Shown here: positions 1 through 21,784 of the stretch, in pieces
Numbering within the stretch: position 1 is the first letter of the stretch
Layout: each line of letters begins with the position of its first letter
Source of the DNA: the human T2T-CHM13v2.0 reference genome, Homo sapiens
Strand: one strand, 5' to 3'
Assembly (NCBI RefSeq): GCF_009914755.1
Contig: NC_060935.1
Length of the DNA stretch: 64,000 nt
Notes under the pieces: generated by a model
The model's database searches: none
Told to the model about the DNA's origin: nothing
What the model saw: the letters and a program-made list of their open reading frames with translations, nothing else
Made by a program: the position numbers and the translations under genes

Positions 1-3093
<3,093 letters not shown>

Positions 3094-3495
3094 AAAAAAA
3101 ATGTGGCACATATATACCATGGAATACTATGCAGCCATAAAAAGAATGAGTTCATGTCCTTTGCAGGGACATGGATGAAGGTGGAAGCCATCATTCTCAG
3201 CAAACTAACATAGGAAGAGAAAACCAAACACCGCATGTTCTCACTTATAAGTTGGAGCTGAACAATGGGAACACATGGACACAGGGAGGGGAACATCACA
3301 CACTGAGGCCTGTCGGCGGGTTGGGGGCAAGGGGAGGGAGAGCATTAGGACAAATACCTAATGCACGTGGGGCTTAAAACCTAGATGATGGGTTGATAGG
3401 TGCGGCAAACCACCATGGCACACATATACCTATGTAACAAACCCGCACATTCTGCACATGTATTCCAGAAGTTAAAGTAAAATTTTTAAAAAAGA
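3094..3495 (+). mobile_element. Older L1PA (about PA10) 3' end, probably the host of the preceding L1
   Basis: Second L1 3'UTR (GGGGCTTAAAACCTAGATGATGGG type) starts immediately after the first A tail. Confidence 0.85.
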
Positions 3496-3830
3496 AATAT
3501 ACTCTAGAAAAACTCATGTGTACCTGGATACACATATAAAGATGTTCATAGCAGCATTGATTTTAATAGCAAAGGCTGGAAACAACCCAAATGTCTACAC
3601 ACTCTACAATGGATACATTACAGCATAATCCTGCAATAGAATGATATATACCAATAAAAAATGAACAAACTAACACTATTCCCTACAATATAGAAGAAAC
3701 TCATAAGCATACTCCCGTATGAAGAAGAAAGAACCAAAAGAATACATAAAGTATTATTCAATTTATATAACATTCATAAACAAGCAAACTAAACTATATA
3801 TTTTAGGGATACCTACAGAGGTGATTAATT
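3496..3830 (+). mobile_element. Ancient L1M 3' fragment
   Basis: ATGTTCATAGCAGCATT...GGAAACAACCCAAATGTC motifs. Confidence 0.65.
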
Positions 3831-4124
3831 ATTACACTGTATAGTAATTACACTGTACCATTATATTTTATACTTTTTTGCATTCAAGCTTTTTAAGGTT
3901 AAGTTTTAAAAGACTGAAGGAAAATACTTTTCTTGACACTTCTTTTCTTACTCCCCTACTTTGAGCCATCGACAAATTCTAATGACAATATATATTTAGT
4001 ATCCAGCCACTTCTCAACTCTTTGATCTGAGTCACTATATTCTCTTTCCTTTTCCATTGCAGTTGACTTCTAACCAGTCTCCCTGTTTTCCCATATAACC
4101 TATTCACAAAGTATCCAGGATGGG

Positions 4125-4315
4125 TGCTATGGTTTGAATGTTCCCTCCAAAATGTAAGTTGAAACTTATCTCCAATATGACAGAATTGAACAGTAGGGTT
4201 TTTAAAAGGTGATTGGATAATGAAGGTTCTGCCTTCATGAATGAATTAATCCTATTCATAGATTAATGGGTTATCATGGGAGTGGAACTGGTGGCTTTAT
4301 AAGAAAAGAAACAAA
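4125..4315 (+). mobile_element. MSTD-like MaLR LTR, 5' half only
   Basis: Starts TGCTATGGTTTGAATG; contains GGGTTATCATGGGAGTGG...GGTGGCTTTATAAGA. Confidence 0.8.
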
Positions 4316-4622
4316 GACCAGGAATGGTGACCCATGCCTGTAATCCCAACACCTTGGGAGCCTAAGGTGGGAGGACAGATTGAGTTCAGGAGTTCAAGAC
4401 CGAGCCAGGTAACACAGCAAGACATTATTTCTACTAAAAATCAAAAAATTAGTTGGGCATGGTGGCACACACCTGTAGTTCCAGCTATTCAGGAGGCTGA
4501 GGCATGAGGATCACTTGAGCCCTGGAGATTGAGGCTGCAGTGAGCTATGATCATGTCACTGTACTCCAGCCTGGGCAACACAGTGAGACCCTGTCTCAAG
4601 AAGGAGGAGGAGGAGGAGGAGG
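4316..4622 (+). mobile_element. AluJ with (GGA)n tail
   Basis: Dimeric Alu; J-type GAGGCTGCAGTGAGCTATGATC. Confidence 0.9.
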
Positions 4623-4624
4623 GA

Positions 4625-8905
<4,281 letters not shown>

Positions 8906-8906
8906 G

Positions 8907-9345
8907 ACAGAGGATCTTTTTAAACACAAGTCAGATCCCTCCTTTGCTCACTCTGCTGCAGCCACAGTGACATGCTTGATGTTTCTCCAACATGCCATCT
9001 ACACCATGTACACTCCTGCCACAAGGCCCTTGCACTTGCTATTCCCTCTGCCTGATTAACCCTATACCTCTCTCAAGTCATTCGGCTCTCTAATCAATGT
9101 CACTTTATTAGAAATGCCTTTCCTTTCTACCTTAGGTATGTTCTTTATCCCCCTACTCTGTTTTATTTTTTGTGGTGCTTACCAGCTGACCTATTAAATA
9201 CTTTATTTATTTTACATCTCTGCTCACTAGGTTGTAAGCTCCATAAGAACAAGAATTTCATCTATTTTGTTAACTGATATATCTCTAGTTTCTAGAACAA
9301 TTGATGGCAAATTATACGCACCCAATAGTTATTAAATGAATATTA
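8907..9345 (+). mobile_element. L2a 3' fragment (upstream part probably at about 3960-4120)
   Basis: GCCCTTGCACTTGCTATTCCCTCTGCCTG, TGTAAGCTCCATAAG and terminal AAATGAAT motifs. Confidence 0.75.
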
Positions 9346-9812
9346 AACAAAAACAAACATACCAAAGTGTTAACAGTAGAGGGTAAAAGTATTTGTGTTC
9401 TTTGTATTTTCCAAATGTTCTACTTTGAAATTGTATTAAGTTTATAAACAGAAAAATAAGCTATTATTCCGAGACAGTAAAATAGCACCTAGCTTAGCAT
9501 CTGACAGATAGTAGACAAGCAATAAACATTTATTAACTTGTTATCTAATCTAGATGAGAAAGGCTAACAATGACCAACATATACATATATTGACTATGTT
9601 GATGTTGAAGCATATAAAAAAGTAATAGTATAGTTTATTTCAGTCTTTAATTTATACATGCTGCAACTTTCATTGTTTCCTCCTAAATCACAAGAGTGAA
9701 TATGGGTTTTTATTGTGAAATGCTGCCCAAGAAATATTTACTACATATTACTGATTTTGAAGCTCATGATTTCACTTACACAAAAAATTTCGCAGTGAGT
9801 TTTAGGACTTAC

Positions 9813-9871
9813 AGAAGTAAATTTCTTTTAATCACGGTTCAAGGAATCCCATGCCTATCTACACCTGAGTC
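9813..9871 (-). other. Candidate spliced exon (59 nt)
   Basis: Minus-strand acceptor TTTATTTCTTTTCAG and donor CT|GTAAGT in apparently non-repeat DNA; stops in all frames. Confidence 0.3.
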
Positions 9872-10111
9872 CTGAAAAGAAATAAATCTAACAGAAACCA
9901 AGAGTTTTTCTTCAAAAGATTACCTATATGGAAATTAAACTACTGCATGTAAAATAAACCAAAAGCTTAAAATCATACTCTAGAGGCTAATCTCATAAAA
10001 GCTATTTCTTATTCTAACATAGATTTTTGGAACCTAAAGGAATTCTCAAAAGTTGGGCATTACTTTAAGAAGTAAGTGCCTTACTACACAGTACAAGGCA
10101 CATTGACTAAC

Positions 10112-10293
10112 CCGAATGCTTGCAGAGGAGAGCAAGCAACCAGGACGGTGGAGGGCTCTGGTTTGTCAGAGGAAAGACAATCTAAGGACAGGATATGTAT
10201 AGCCTTTTCTTGTGAAAGACAAACACACGTTCTAGCTGTCTCAACATTTTTTAAAGAATTGTCACATTGAAGAACCGATATCCTCCGATGTAT
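10112..10293 (-). other. Candidate coding exon (182 nt, IHRRISVLQCDNSL...SPLQAFG)
   Basis: Weak acceptor TCTGCATTTTAG, donor GG|GTTAGT, open throughout in phase 0, retains several CpGs. Confidence 0.25.
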
Positions 10294-10319
10294 CTAAAAT
10301 GCAGACCTATTATTATTTT

Positions 10320-10947
10320 TCATTCATTTTATTCAACAAATATTTACTGCATACCTGCCATGAGTCAGGTGCTGTGATAAATGCTGATGATACACAGTGA
10401 ACGAAAATACTGGGATAGAGGTTAAAAAGACATTAATCTATGAATCACTGATGAATTAAAATCACAACTGTGATATAAGCTACAAAGAAGTACAGAACAC
10501 TATGAATGCATATAACTGGAGAATTTGATCTAATGAGGCAGATCATGGAATGCTTCATTGAAGAAATGATTGTGCTGAGATCTAAAAGACAAAGGTTAGT
10601 TCGGCGCTCACTTCAGCAGCACACATACTAAAATTGGAATGATACAGAGAAGATTAGCAGGGCCCCTACAAAAGGATGACACACAAATTCATGGAGTGCC
10701 CCATGTTTTTAATCAAAAAAAAAAAAAAACAGGTTAGTTTTGTGAAAGCTGAAAGAAAATTAGGAAGAAAGCTACCTAGGATGAAGGAAAGCAAAAGAAA
10801 AGGCTCTGTAGAAGAGTAAAACAAAGAAAGAAAAACTAAAAGAAGGCCAGTCTGGCTAGAAGTGATTGGTTAAGAAAAGAATCATACAATATGAGAGGCT
10901 AAAGAGGTAGGCAGAAGTCATACCAGGAAGAACTGATAGGCCAGGAT
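10320..10947 (-). mobile_element. L2 3' region, host of the U6 copy
   Basis: CATTCATTTTATTCAACAAATATTTA L2 terminal motif in reverse orientation. Confidence 0.7.
10604..10729 (+). pseudogene. Full-length U6 snRNA retropseudogene with A tail
   Basis: 107 nt similar to U6 (ACAGAGA box intact, ends in T5), A tail 10715-10729, TSD AGGTTAGTT at 10593-10601 and 10731-10739. Confidence 0.95.
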
Positions 10948-10963
10948 AAGAAATATGTCTTAA

Positions 10964-12056
<1,093 letters not shown>

Positions 12057-12186
12057 AAGAAATATGTCTTAATCCTAAGAACAGTAAGAAGACAATAGAT
12101 TTGAGTTATTAATTTCAAGAATTCAATGGCATCTCTCTTAGAACAGAGATTATAACATTTTAACAACTGAACCCATCTAACAATAA

Positions 12187-12624
<438 letters not shown>

Positions 12625-13334
12625 TGAAGCTTCAAAATGAAATATTAATTGTTCATACCAATGTGAAAAACAAAAATATTTGACTGCAGTTCCATGGTGT
12701 TTCTCAGGAAGGATCATAATATTATATAATAGGAGATCCATTTTCAGTGTGGATTACATTGAGGGAGTGGCTCTTTTCCCCTGTCCATTGCCAAAGAACA
12801 GGTACAGCAATAAGCACAGGAGAAAGGGCATCAAATGAAAGATTTCTGTGGAACTAGCATGAAGGGATTCAAAAAATAGCAATAACAAAGAACTCCAACC
12901 TGGTGCAAAGCAAAGATTATTTTCTTGGCCACACTACTAAGGGGTTCTCATCATTCCTTTAGCAAAGATGTAGATAGAACACAATGGATAAGTACTTTAG
13001 TTGAAGTGACTATGCTGAAGTTAACTGTAGAGTGGAATGCATACAGTTTTTATTCTAAAACAAGGGTTGAGATATTTAAAAACTAATATTTGACTATCTT
13101 CATCAAATAATTAAGTGCCTTTGGATACTGTGTCTATAAATATTATATTGTGACCTTTCTCTATAAATAATATAACCCTATTTATAGATAACGTATCTTG
13201 AGTTAAACAGTGCCTACTTTACTGTCACTGTCAAAAATGGATAAAACCATCATTTAATAAATCAGTCTCCTAGCCAGGTTTATTCTTGCTCAGTGTGATA
13301 CATGTCATACTAATACAACTTCTTTAGTAACAAC

Positions 13335-14030
13335 TTTTTAATAAAAAGTCAAAAAATAACAGATGTTGGTGAGGTTGCAGAAAAAAGGGAATGCTTATAC
13401 ACTATTGGTGGGAATGTAAATTAGTTTAGTCCCTTGGAAAGCAGTGTGGAGATTTCTCAAAGAACTGAAAATGAAATTATCATTCGACCCAGCAATCCCA
13501 TTACTGGTAATATACCAAAAGGAAAATAAACTGTTCTAACAAAAAAACTCCTGCACTCATTTTATTTATTGCAGCACTATTCACAACAGCAAAAACATGG
13601 AATCAACCCAGTTGCCCATCAACAGTAAACTGGACAAAGTAAATGTGGTACATATACACCATGGAATACTACACAGCCATAAAAAAGAACAAAATCATGA
13701 CCTTTGCACCAACGTGGATGCAGCTGGAGGCCATTATTCTAAGTGAATTAACACAGAAAGAGAAAACAAAACACAGCATGTTCTCACTTATAAGTGGGAG
13801 CTAAACATTGAGTGTACATGGCCAAAAAGATGGGAAAAAATAAACACTGAGGATTCTAGAAGGGGAAAGGGAGGGAAGGGAGAAAGTGTTGAAAAACTAC
13901 TTATTGGGTAATACGTTCAATTAGCAATGGGATCATTAGAAGCCCAAACCTCAACGTCATACAATATACCCAAATAACAGACCTGCATATGTACCCTCTG
14001 AATCTAAAGAAATTTTAAAAATTAAAAATA
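13335..14030 (+). mobile_element. L1PA16-like 3' end
   Basis: ORF2 tail and 3'UTR ending GTACCCTCTGAATCTAAA. Confidence 0.85.
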
Positions 14031-14799
14031 GAGTTTTTAATATGAACCAAAAGAAAAAAGGTAAACATTATGGATTTTAAAAATCAAGCCAGATTTTGTA
14101 CTTCAAGAGACAAATTGGGATGTCAATAGTGAGCAAACCAATACTATGTCACATGAACTTATCAGTTGAAACCTTAGAGTTAATTAGCTCTATGAGTTTT
14201 GGGGTTCTTTTTATGTAACGGTAGTATCTTCAATGAGCACTTATCTTTCACTAGTATATCTTCTTGCCTCCCCATTTAATCACCAGCAAGGTACAAACTT
14301 CTACTTTCTAATAGCTCCTTCCATGTCTTAATCTCCATTTTGATCTACCCCACCTTTCTTTAGGCTCATACCATTTACTTCTCCCACCAGACTGGTCTTG
14401 CTGTCATGCCGTTAGAAGTATCCTTTTGTTATTCAAAAAAATAACAACACCTATTTGATATGTCTTATATTTAACCTATTGATACTTCTAACAGCTGTTC
14501 TTCATTATCCAACAATCTCCCAAATCCCCCAAATCTGATTAGTTACCAAGTCCTATTAATTACCTTTCTAAATATCTTTCAAGGTCATCTTCTGTTCCCC
14601 ATCCTCATTGTTTCTTCTTTAGTTGAAGTATTCACTAGCTTTCTTTTGAACAATTTAGTTTTCTCTTGAACACCTTCTGGGTGTTTTTCCAACTACTAGT
14701 TCCTTCTCCCTTGTAATACATATTTCAGACCCTTGCAGAGTAATTTTGTAAAACTCAGATTTATTCATGTCCTTCTTGTTCTTATATAATCTATAATAA

Positions 14800-15015
14800 T
14801 TATAGGTATCATTTCCTGTGTGTGTTTGTTAGGCACTGTGCCAGATGCATTATAAACACTGTCTTTAATCCTCACATCAACTTTGTAAGATAGATACTAG
14901 TATCCCTGTTAACAAATGCAGAAATGTAAGGCTCCTGGTAGTTAAATAATCTTCCAAAGTTTTTACAGCTCATTGGTGGATGTGAAACAGAGCCCAGATA
15001 CACCTAGGTTTAAAG
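14800..15015 (-). mobile_element. MIR
   Basis: AGGCACTGTGC...TTTAATCCTCAC...core similarity. Confidence 0.65.
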
Positions 15016-15188
15016 AGTCAGAGAATATGCCAACTGGCAATATCTGTGAATGAAATCACATAGGAGAAATTTTTGAATATGCTTTTATTATTTTACCTTA
15101 CTTTTCAATACAATTCAACTTTCATATTTTGACATCTTCTCTAACTTTCCTGGTGGAAAGTGCTTTCATCTCTGGGTATAGGTACTTT

Positions 15189-15634
15189 ACAGATTCTTAC
15201 AGCACTTTTTGGAACACTGAATACCAAACAGTTATCATTCCTCTAACAGATTCTTATAGCACTTTTTGGAATAGTGAATACTAAACAGTCACCATTCCTC
15301 ATGTATTTTTACAACTTGTTTTCTCTATGCATTAGCTGTTTTGTTTTAAACAGAGTTGTTAAATAGATGTTTAAATCTTTAAAAATGTCTCTTTAAAAAT
15401 GTCTCTTTCTGTTGCTTACCTTTCTTTTCATACGCTCTTGGTTTCAGTGTATCTGAGTTTCAGGAAGGAGTCACTCCCCCTACATACTGGGCAGAGGTTT
15501 CATATTGGGCTCTCTGGAAATATATACTTTTGCTGTACACCAATAATCTTCTTGAATTATTTCACTGGAGGAAAATAAATCAAGAAAATATACTTTCGTT
15601 GTACATCTATCATCTTCTTGAATTACTTGGAGGA
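15189..15634. repeat. Three local tandem duplications (periods 57, 14 and 66 bp)
   Basis: Copies at 15189/15246, 15376/15390 and about 15522/15588. Confidence 0.85.
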
Positions 15635-16024
15635 TTTCTGGGAGCTAAGGTAAAAATTGAGAGTTGGGAACTATAGAATCATCTATATTTGTGAGTGATA
15701 AGGTGGACTGTCAAGACAATATTAAAAATAATTTGGTGGATGGTATGGCTGTAGTCAGATAACTGGAGTTGGTAGGAAATATAATTTGATTGTTGGAATA
15801 TAAAAGACAAAAGGAGAAGTCAGAGTCACGTTTAACTAACTAATTTTGACCTAGTCCATCCAGTAAGAGAATTGTTCAGTGTACGCCTAGATTATTCTAA
15901 TTTCAAAACTATATCTTGTTTATACGACACAGTAAATTAATGGAATATGAGTTCTCTAACGGGGGCAGATACTGTGAGTAGTGGACCTAAACATTTTATG
16001 ATGGCAAGAACTTGTGTAGGTATG

Positions 16025-16270
16025 ATTAATACGTGGTTAAACTTGGACTTTTGTGTCAAGCAGACCTGATTGAATCTCTGTTCCACAACTTACTAGCTGT
16101 GTAAATTTCAGCAATTCCTAAATCATCACTTTTCATTTTGTAAACCTCTTAGTCTTAAGACTTGATTTCTTCAGCTGAAAATTGAGGATATTAATAGTGT
16201 CTATCTTAATGCTTAATTCATAATACCTTGAATCTAGCAAGTGATCAAAATAATATGGGTTACTACCATT
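16025..16270 (+). mobile_element. MIR
   Basis: GTGGTTAA...CAGACCTG...ACTTACTAGCTGTGT. Confidence 0.65.
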
Positions 16271-18274
16271 ATTATTGATTTTCAGATCAGTCTTTCTTGT
16301 GTTCACTCTCAATGACATAAAGAGAAACAACAGGGTAATATAAGAACTGACTAGAAGTGGCAACACTGGTTTTGTTTTTGTGTTATGATAACATAGCTAT
16401 CCTGTTTGCTAGGTTCTCATTCATATAGTAGAAATTTGTGAGGTTTTATGAATCTTCTATCCATAAATGGTTATGAGAATACAGGATTTGAAGATCTGGT
16501 TTGTGATGAGTAAAAGCATGATACTAAATCCTTATCATAGTCTAGATATAGTTCAAGTCTAACAGAATATGACAAGAAAGAAATAGAATCAGTTCTCCTT
16601 GATTACAAAGTAAGGTTATGTAATTTGTCTCCAAATAGCACTAAAAAATTCTGTAATTCACAGAGTGAAATCCCAATAATTGCCCTGATTACATTCTATT
16701 TTCCATTTACTTTTCCTAATCAAATACATTGACTCTCTCTGCTAAATCTTAATTATCATATCAAGTCACTTCTCAGACCACAGTGGAATACAACTAGAAA
16801 TCAATTCTAAGAAGAACTCTCAAAAATATACAAACACATGAAAACTCAACAATCTTCTCCTGAATAATCTTTGGGTCAAGGACAAAATTAAGATGTAAAT
16901 TTAAAAACTTTTGGAAATGAATAAAAAGAGACACAATACACCAAAACCTCTGGGATATAGGAAAAGACTAAGAGGGAAGTTTTGAGCAATAAATTTATAC
17001 ATCCAAAGGACAGAAAGATCACAAATTAACAACCTAACATTGCACCTCAAGGACCCAGAAGAATAAGAGGGAACCAAAACTGCAACTAGCAGAAGGAAAA
17101 AATTCAATGATCAGAGCAGAATTAAATGAAATTGAGACCAAAAAAAAGAATCAACCAAATGAAAAGTTTGTTTTCTGTAAATGTAAACAAAAGTGATAGA
17201 ACACTAGCTAGATTGACCAAGAAGAGAGACAATTCAATCAGAAATTTAAAAAAGGAGACATTACAACTGAAACCACAGAAATACAATTGATAATCAGAAA
17301 CTACTATGAACATCTCTACACTGACAAACTAGAAATCCTAGAGGAAATGAATAAATTCCTGAACACATAGAACCTTCCAAGATTGAACCCTAAAAATACA
17401 GAAACCCTAAAAAGACCAAAATGAGTAGTGAGATTGAATCAGTAATAAAAACTTTCCCAATAAAGGAAAACCCAGGACCGGAGGGATTCACAGCTGAATT
17501 CCACCAAAAGTACAAAAAAAGAAACAGTATCAGTCCTACTGAAACTGTTCCAAAAAATTGAGGGAAGGAAATCCTCCCTAACTCATCCTATGAAACCAGT
17601 ACCACCCTGATATGAAAGGCAGGCAAAAACATAACAAAAAAAAGGAAAAACTACAGACCAGTATCCCTGATGAAAATAGATATAAAAACCCTCAAAAAAT
17701 ATGAGAAAACCAAATCCAACAGCACATCAAAAAGATAGTACACCATGATCAAGTAGGGTTTATTCCAGAGATGCAAGAGTATTTCAATATATGCAAATCA
17801 ATAAATGTAACTCATCATATAAAGATAATTAAAATCAAAAAATGATATGATCATCTCAATAGATGCAGAAAAGACATTCAGTAAAATTCAACATCCTATC
17901 ATGATTTAAAAAAAAACCCTCCCCAAGATAGGCATAGAAGAAACATACCTCAAAATAATAAAAGCCATATATGATGAACCTATAGCCAATGTCATACTGA
18001 ATGTGGAAAATTTGAAGGCATTCCCCCTAAAACTGAAACAAGACAATGACTCCTACTTTCACCACTCCTGTTCAACACAATACTAGAAGTCCTAGCCAGG
18101 GCAATCAGGAAGTAGAAAGAAATAAACAGCATCCAAATTGAAAAAGAGGAAGTCAAATGATCTCTTCTTGGTGATGATATGATCATACACATAGAAAACC
18201 CCAAAGCTTTGGGAAACAAATTCAGTAAATGTTCAGGATACAAAATCAATGTATTAAAAATCAGTAGCATTTCT

Positions 18275-20847
18275 TTCTTCTTTTTTTTTTTTTAAGAGAC
18301 AGGGTCTCACTCTGTCACCCAGGCTGAAGTGCAATGGCACAATCATAGCTCGCTCACTGCAGTCTTGAATCTGGGACTCAAGTGATCCTCCCAAGTAGCT
18401 GGTACTACAGGCACATGCCACCATACCTGGTGACATGGCTTGGCTGTGTCCCCACCCAAATCTCATCATGAATTCCCACGTGTTGTGGGATGGACCCAGT
18501 GGGAGATAACTGAATCATGGAGGCAGGTCTTTCCTGTGCTGTTCTCATGATAGTGAAGTAAGTCTCACAAGATCTGATGGTTATTATAAGGAGAGTTTCC
18601 CTGCACAAGTTCTTTTCCCTTTGCCTGTCACCATTCACGTAAGATGTGACTTGCTCCTCCTTGCCTTACACCACGATTGCAAGGCTTCCCCAGCCATGTG
18701 GAACTGTAAGTCCAAATAAATCTCTTTCTTTTGTAAATTACCCAATCTCAGGTATGTCTTTATCAGCAGCATGAAAACAGACTAATAGAGTAAATTGATA
18801 CCAGCAGAGTGGGGCAATGCTGAAAAGGTACCTGAAAATGTGGAAGTGACTTTGGAACTTGGTAACACGCAAAGTTGGAAAAGTTTGGAGGGCTCAAAGA
18901 AGACAGGAAAATGTGGGAAAGTTCGGAACTTCCTGGAGACTTCTTGAATGACTTTAACCAAAACCCTGATAGTGATATAGACAATAAGGTCCAGGCTGAG
19001 GTGGTCTCAGATGGAGATGAGGAACTTGTTGGGAACTGGAGCAAAGGTGACTACTGTTGTGTTTTAGCAAAGAGATTGGAAGCATTTGGCCCCTGCACTA
19101 GAGATTTGTAGAACTTTCAACTTAAGAGAGATGAATGATTTAGGATATCTGGCAGAAGAAACATCTAAGCAGCAAAGCATTCAAGAGGTGACTTGGGTGC
19201 TATTAAAGGCATTCAATTTTATAAGGGAAGCAGAGCACAAAAGTTTGGAAAATTTGCAGCCTGACAATGTGATAGAAAAGAAAAACCCATTTTCTGAGGA
19301 TAAATTCAAGCTGACTGCAGAAATTTGCATAAGCAACAAGGAGCCGAATGTTAATCCCCAAGACAATGGGGAAAAATGTCTCCAAGACATGTTAGAGATC
19401 TTCACAGCAGCCTCTCCCAACACAGGTCCGGAGGCCTAGGAGGAAAACATGGCTTGGTGGGCCAGGCCCAGGGACCCTCTGTTGTTTACAGTCTAGGGAC
19501 TTTGTCCCTGTGTCCCAGGTGCTCCAGCCATGACTAAAAGTGGTCAAGGTACAGCTCAGGTTGTTGCTTCAGAGGGTAGAAGCCCCAAGCCTTGGCAGCT
19601 TCCACGTGGTGTTGAGCCTGTGGGTGCACAGAAGTCAAGAATTTAGGTTTTGGAACCTCCTCCTAGATTTCAGAAGACATATGGAAAGACATATGGAAAC
19701 ACCCGGATACCGAGACAGAAGTTTGCTGTGGGGGCAGGGCCCTCATGGAGAACCTCCACTAGGGCAGTGCAGAAGGGAAATGTGAGGTTGGAGGCCCCAC
19801 ACAGAGTCCCTACTGGGGCACTGCCTAATGGAACTGTTAGAAGAGGACCACCATCCTCCAGATCCCAGAATGGTAGATCCACTGACAGCCTGCACCATGC
19901 ACCTGGAAAAGCTGCAGACAGTGCCAGCCTGTGAAATTAGCCAGGATGGAGGCTGTACCCTGAAAAACCACAGGGGCAGAGATGCCCAGGACCATAGGAA
20001 CCCCCTTCTTGCTTCAGAGTGACCTGGATGTGAGACATGGAGTCAAAGGGGATCATTTTGGAGCTTTAAGATTTGACTGCCACCCTGGATTTCGGACTTG
20101 CATGGGGCCTGTAGCCTCTTTGTTTTGGCCAATGTCTCCTATTTGGAATGTCTGTACTTACCCAATACCTGTACCCCTGTTGTGTCTACAAAGTAACTAG
20201 CTTGCTTTTGATTTTACATACTCATAGGCAGAAGGGACTTGCCTTTTCTCAGATGAGACTTTGGACTGTGGACTTCCGTTAATGCTGAAATGAGTTAAGT
20301 CTTTGGGGAACTGTTGGGAAGGCATGACTGGTTTTGAAATGTGAGGACATAAGATTTGGGAGGGGTCAGGGGTGGAATAATATGGTTTGGCTCATCCAAA
20401 TCTCATCTTGAATTCCCACGTGTTGTGGAAGGGGCCTGGTGGGAGGTAATTTAATCATGGGGTCAGGTCTTTCTGTGCTGTAGTAAGTCTCATGAGACCT
20501 GATGGTTATTATAAGGGGGAGTTTTCCAGCACAAGCTCTCTTCTCTTGTCTGCCACCATGTGAAATGTGCCTTTCACCTTCCACCATGATTGTGAGGCCT
20601 CCCCAGCCACGTAGAACTGTAAGTCCAATAAACCCCATTCTTTTGTAAATTGCCCAGTCTCAGGTATGTCTTATCAGCAGCATGAAAGTGGACTAATGCA
20701 CCTGGCTAATTTTTTTTTTTTTATATTTGGTGGAGATGGGGCCTCTTTATACTGCCCAGCCTGGTCTTGAACTTCTGGCCCCAGCAATCACCCCATCTCA
20801 GCTTCCCAAAGTGCTGGGATTACAGGCATGAGCCACTCCACCCAGCC
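18275..20847 (-). mobile_element. AluJ split by a THE1 provirus
   Basis: Arms at 18275-18430 and 20701-20847; TSD AGTAGCATTTCT at 18263-18274 and 20848-20859. Confidence 0.92.
18431..20700 (+). mobile_element. Complete THE1A/B MaLR provirus (LTRs 18431-18789 and 20378-20700)
   Basis: Paired LTRs, purine tract before the 3' LTR, 5-bp TSD CCTGG at 18426-18430 and 20701-20705. Confidence 0.95.
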
Positions 20848-21182
20848 AGTAGCATTTCTATACACCGATAATGATCAAACTGAGAATAAAATCAAGAACT
20901 CAATCCCATTTACAATAGTTATGAAAAATAATGAAATATCTAGGAATACCTTCAAGTAGATAAAAGATCTCTATAATGAGAACGATAAAACATTGATGAA
21001 GGAAATAAAAGAGAACACCACAAAATGGAAAAATACTCCATGCTCATGGATTGGAAGAATCAGTATTGTTAAAATAACCTTTCTACCCAAAGAAGTCTGC
21101 CAGGTTCAATGCAATTCTTATCAAAATACCAATGGTATTCTTCACAGAAACAGAAAAAAATAGTCCTAAAATGTATATGGAA

Positions 21183-21215
<33 letters not shown>

Positions 21216-21784
21216 GAATAACCAATGCTACCCTTAGTAAAAAGAACAAAACTGAAGGAATCACATTACTTGACTTCAAGGTATACCACAGAGCTATAGT
21301 AACCAAAACAGCATGGTATTGGCATAAAAAAAAAACACATGGACCAATGGAACAGAACAGAGAATCTAGAAAGAAATCAACACACCTACAGTGAACTCAT
21401 TTTTGAAAAAGATGCCAAGAACATACACTGAAGAAAGGATAGTCTCCTCAATAAAGGGTGCTGGGAAAGCTGGATATTCATATGCAGAAGAATGAAATTA
21501 GACCCCTATCTCTTGCCATATACAAAAATCAAATCAAAACGGATTAAAGACTTAAATACCAAGGCTTCAAACTATAAAATTACTAAAAAAAAACATCAGA
21601 GAAACTCTCCAGGACATTTCTCTGGGCAAAGATTTCTTGAGTAGTACCCTATAAGGACAGACAACCAAAGCAAAAATGGACAGATGGGATCACATCAAGT
21701 TAAAAAGTTTCCGCATAGCAAAGAAACTAATAAACAAAGTGAAGAGACAACCAACATAATGGAGGAAAATATCTGCAAACTATC

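Noticed and set aside
12660-13020. Possible exon in non-repeat DNA
   Set aside because: An acceptor-like site exists on the minus strand, but I found no convincing donor or sustained open frame
13335-14500. Another 3' transduction at the L1PA16-like element
   Set aside because: I found no downstream repeat of its 5' flank
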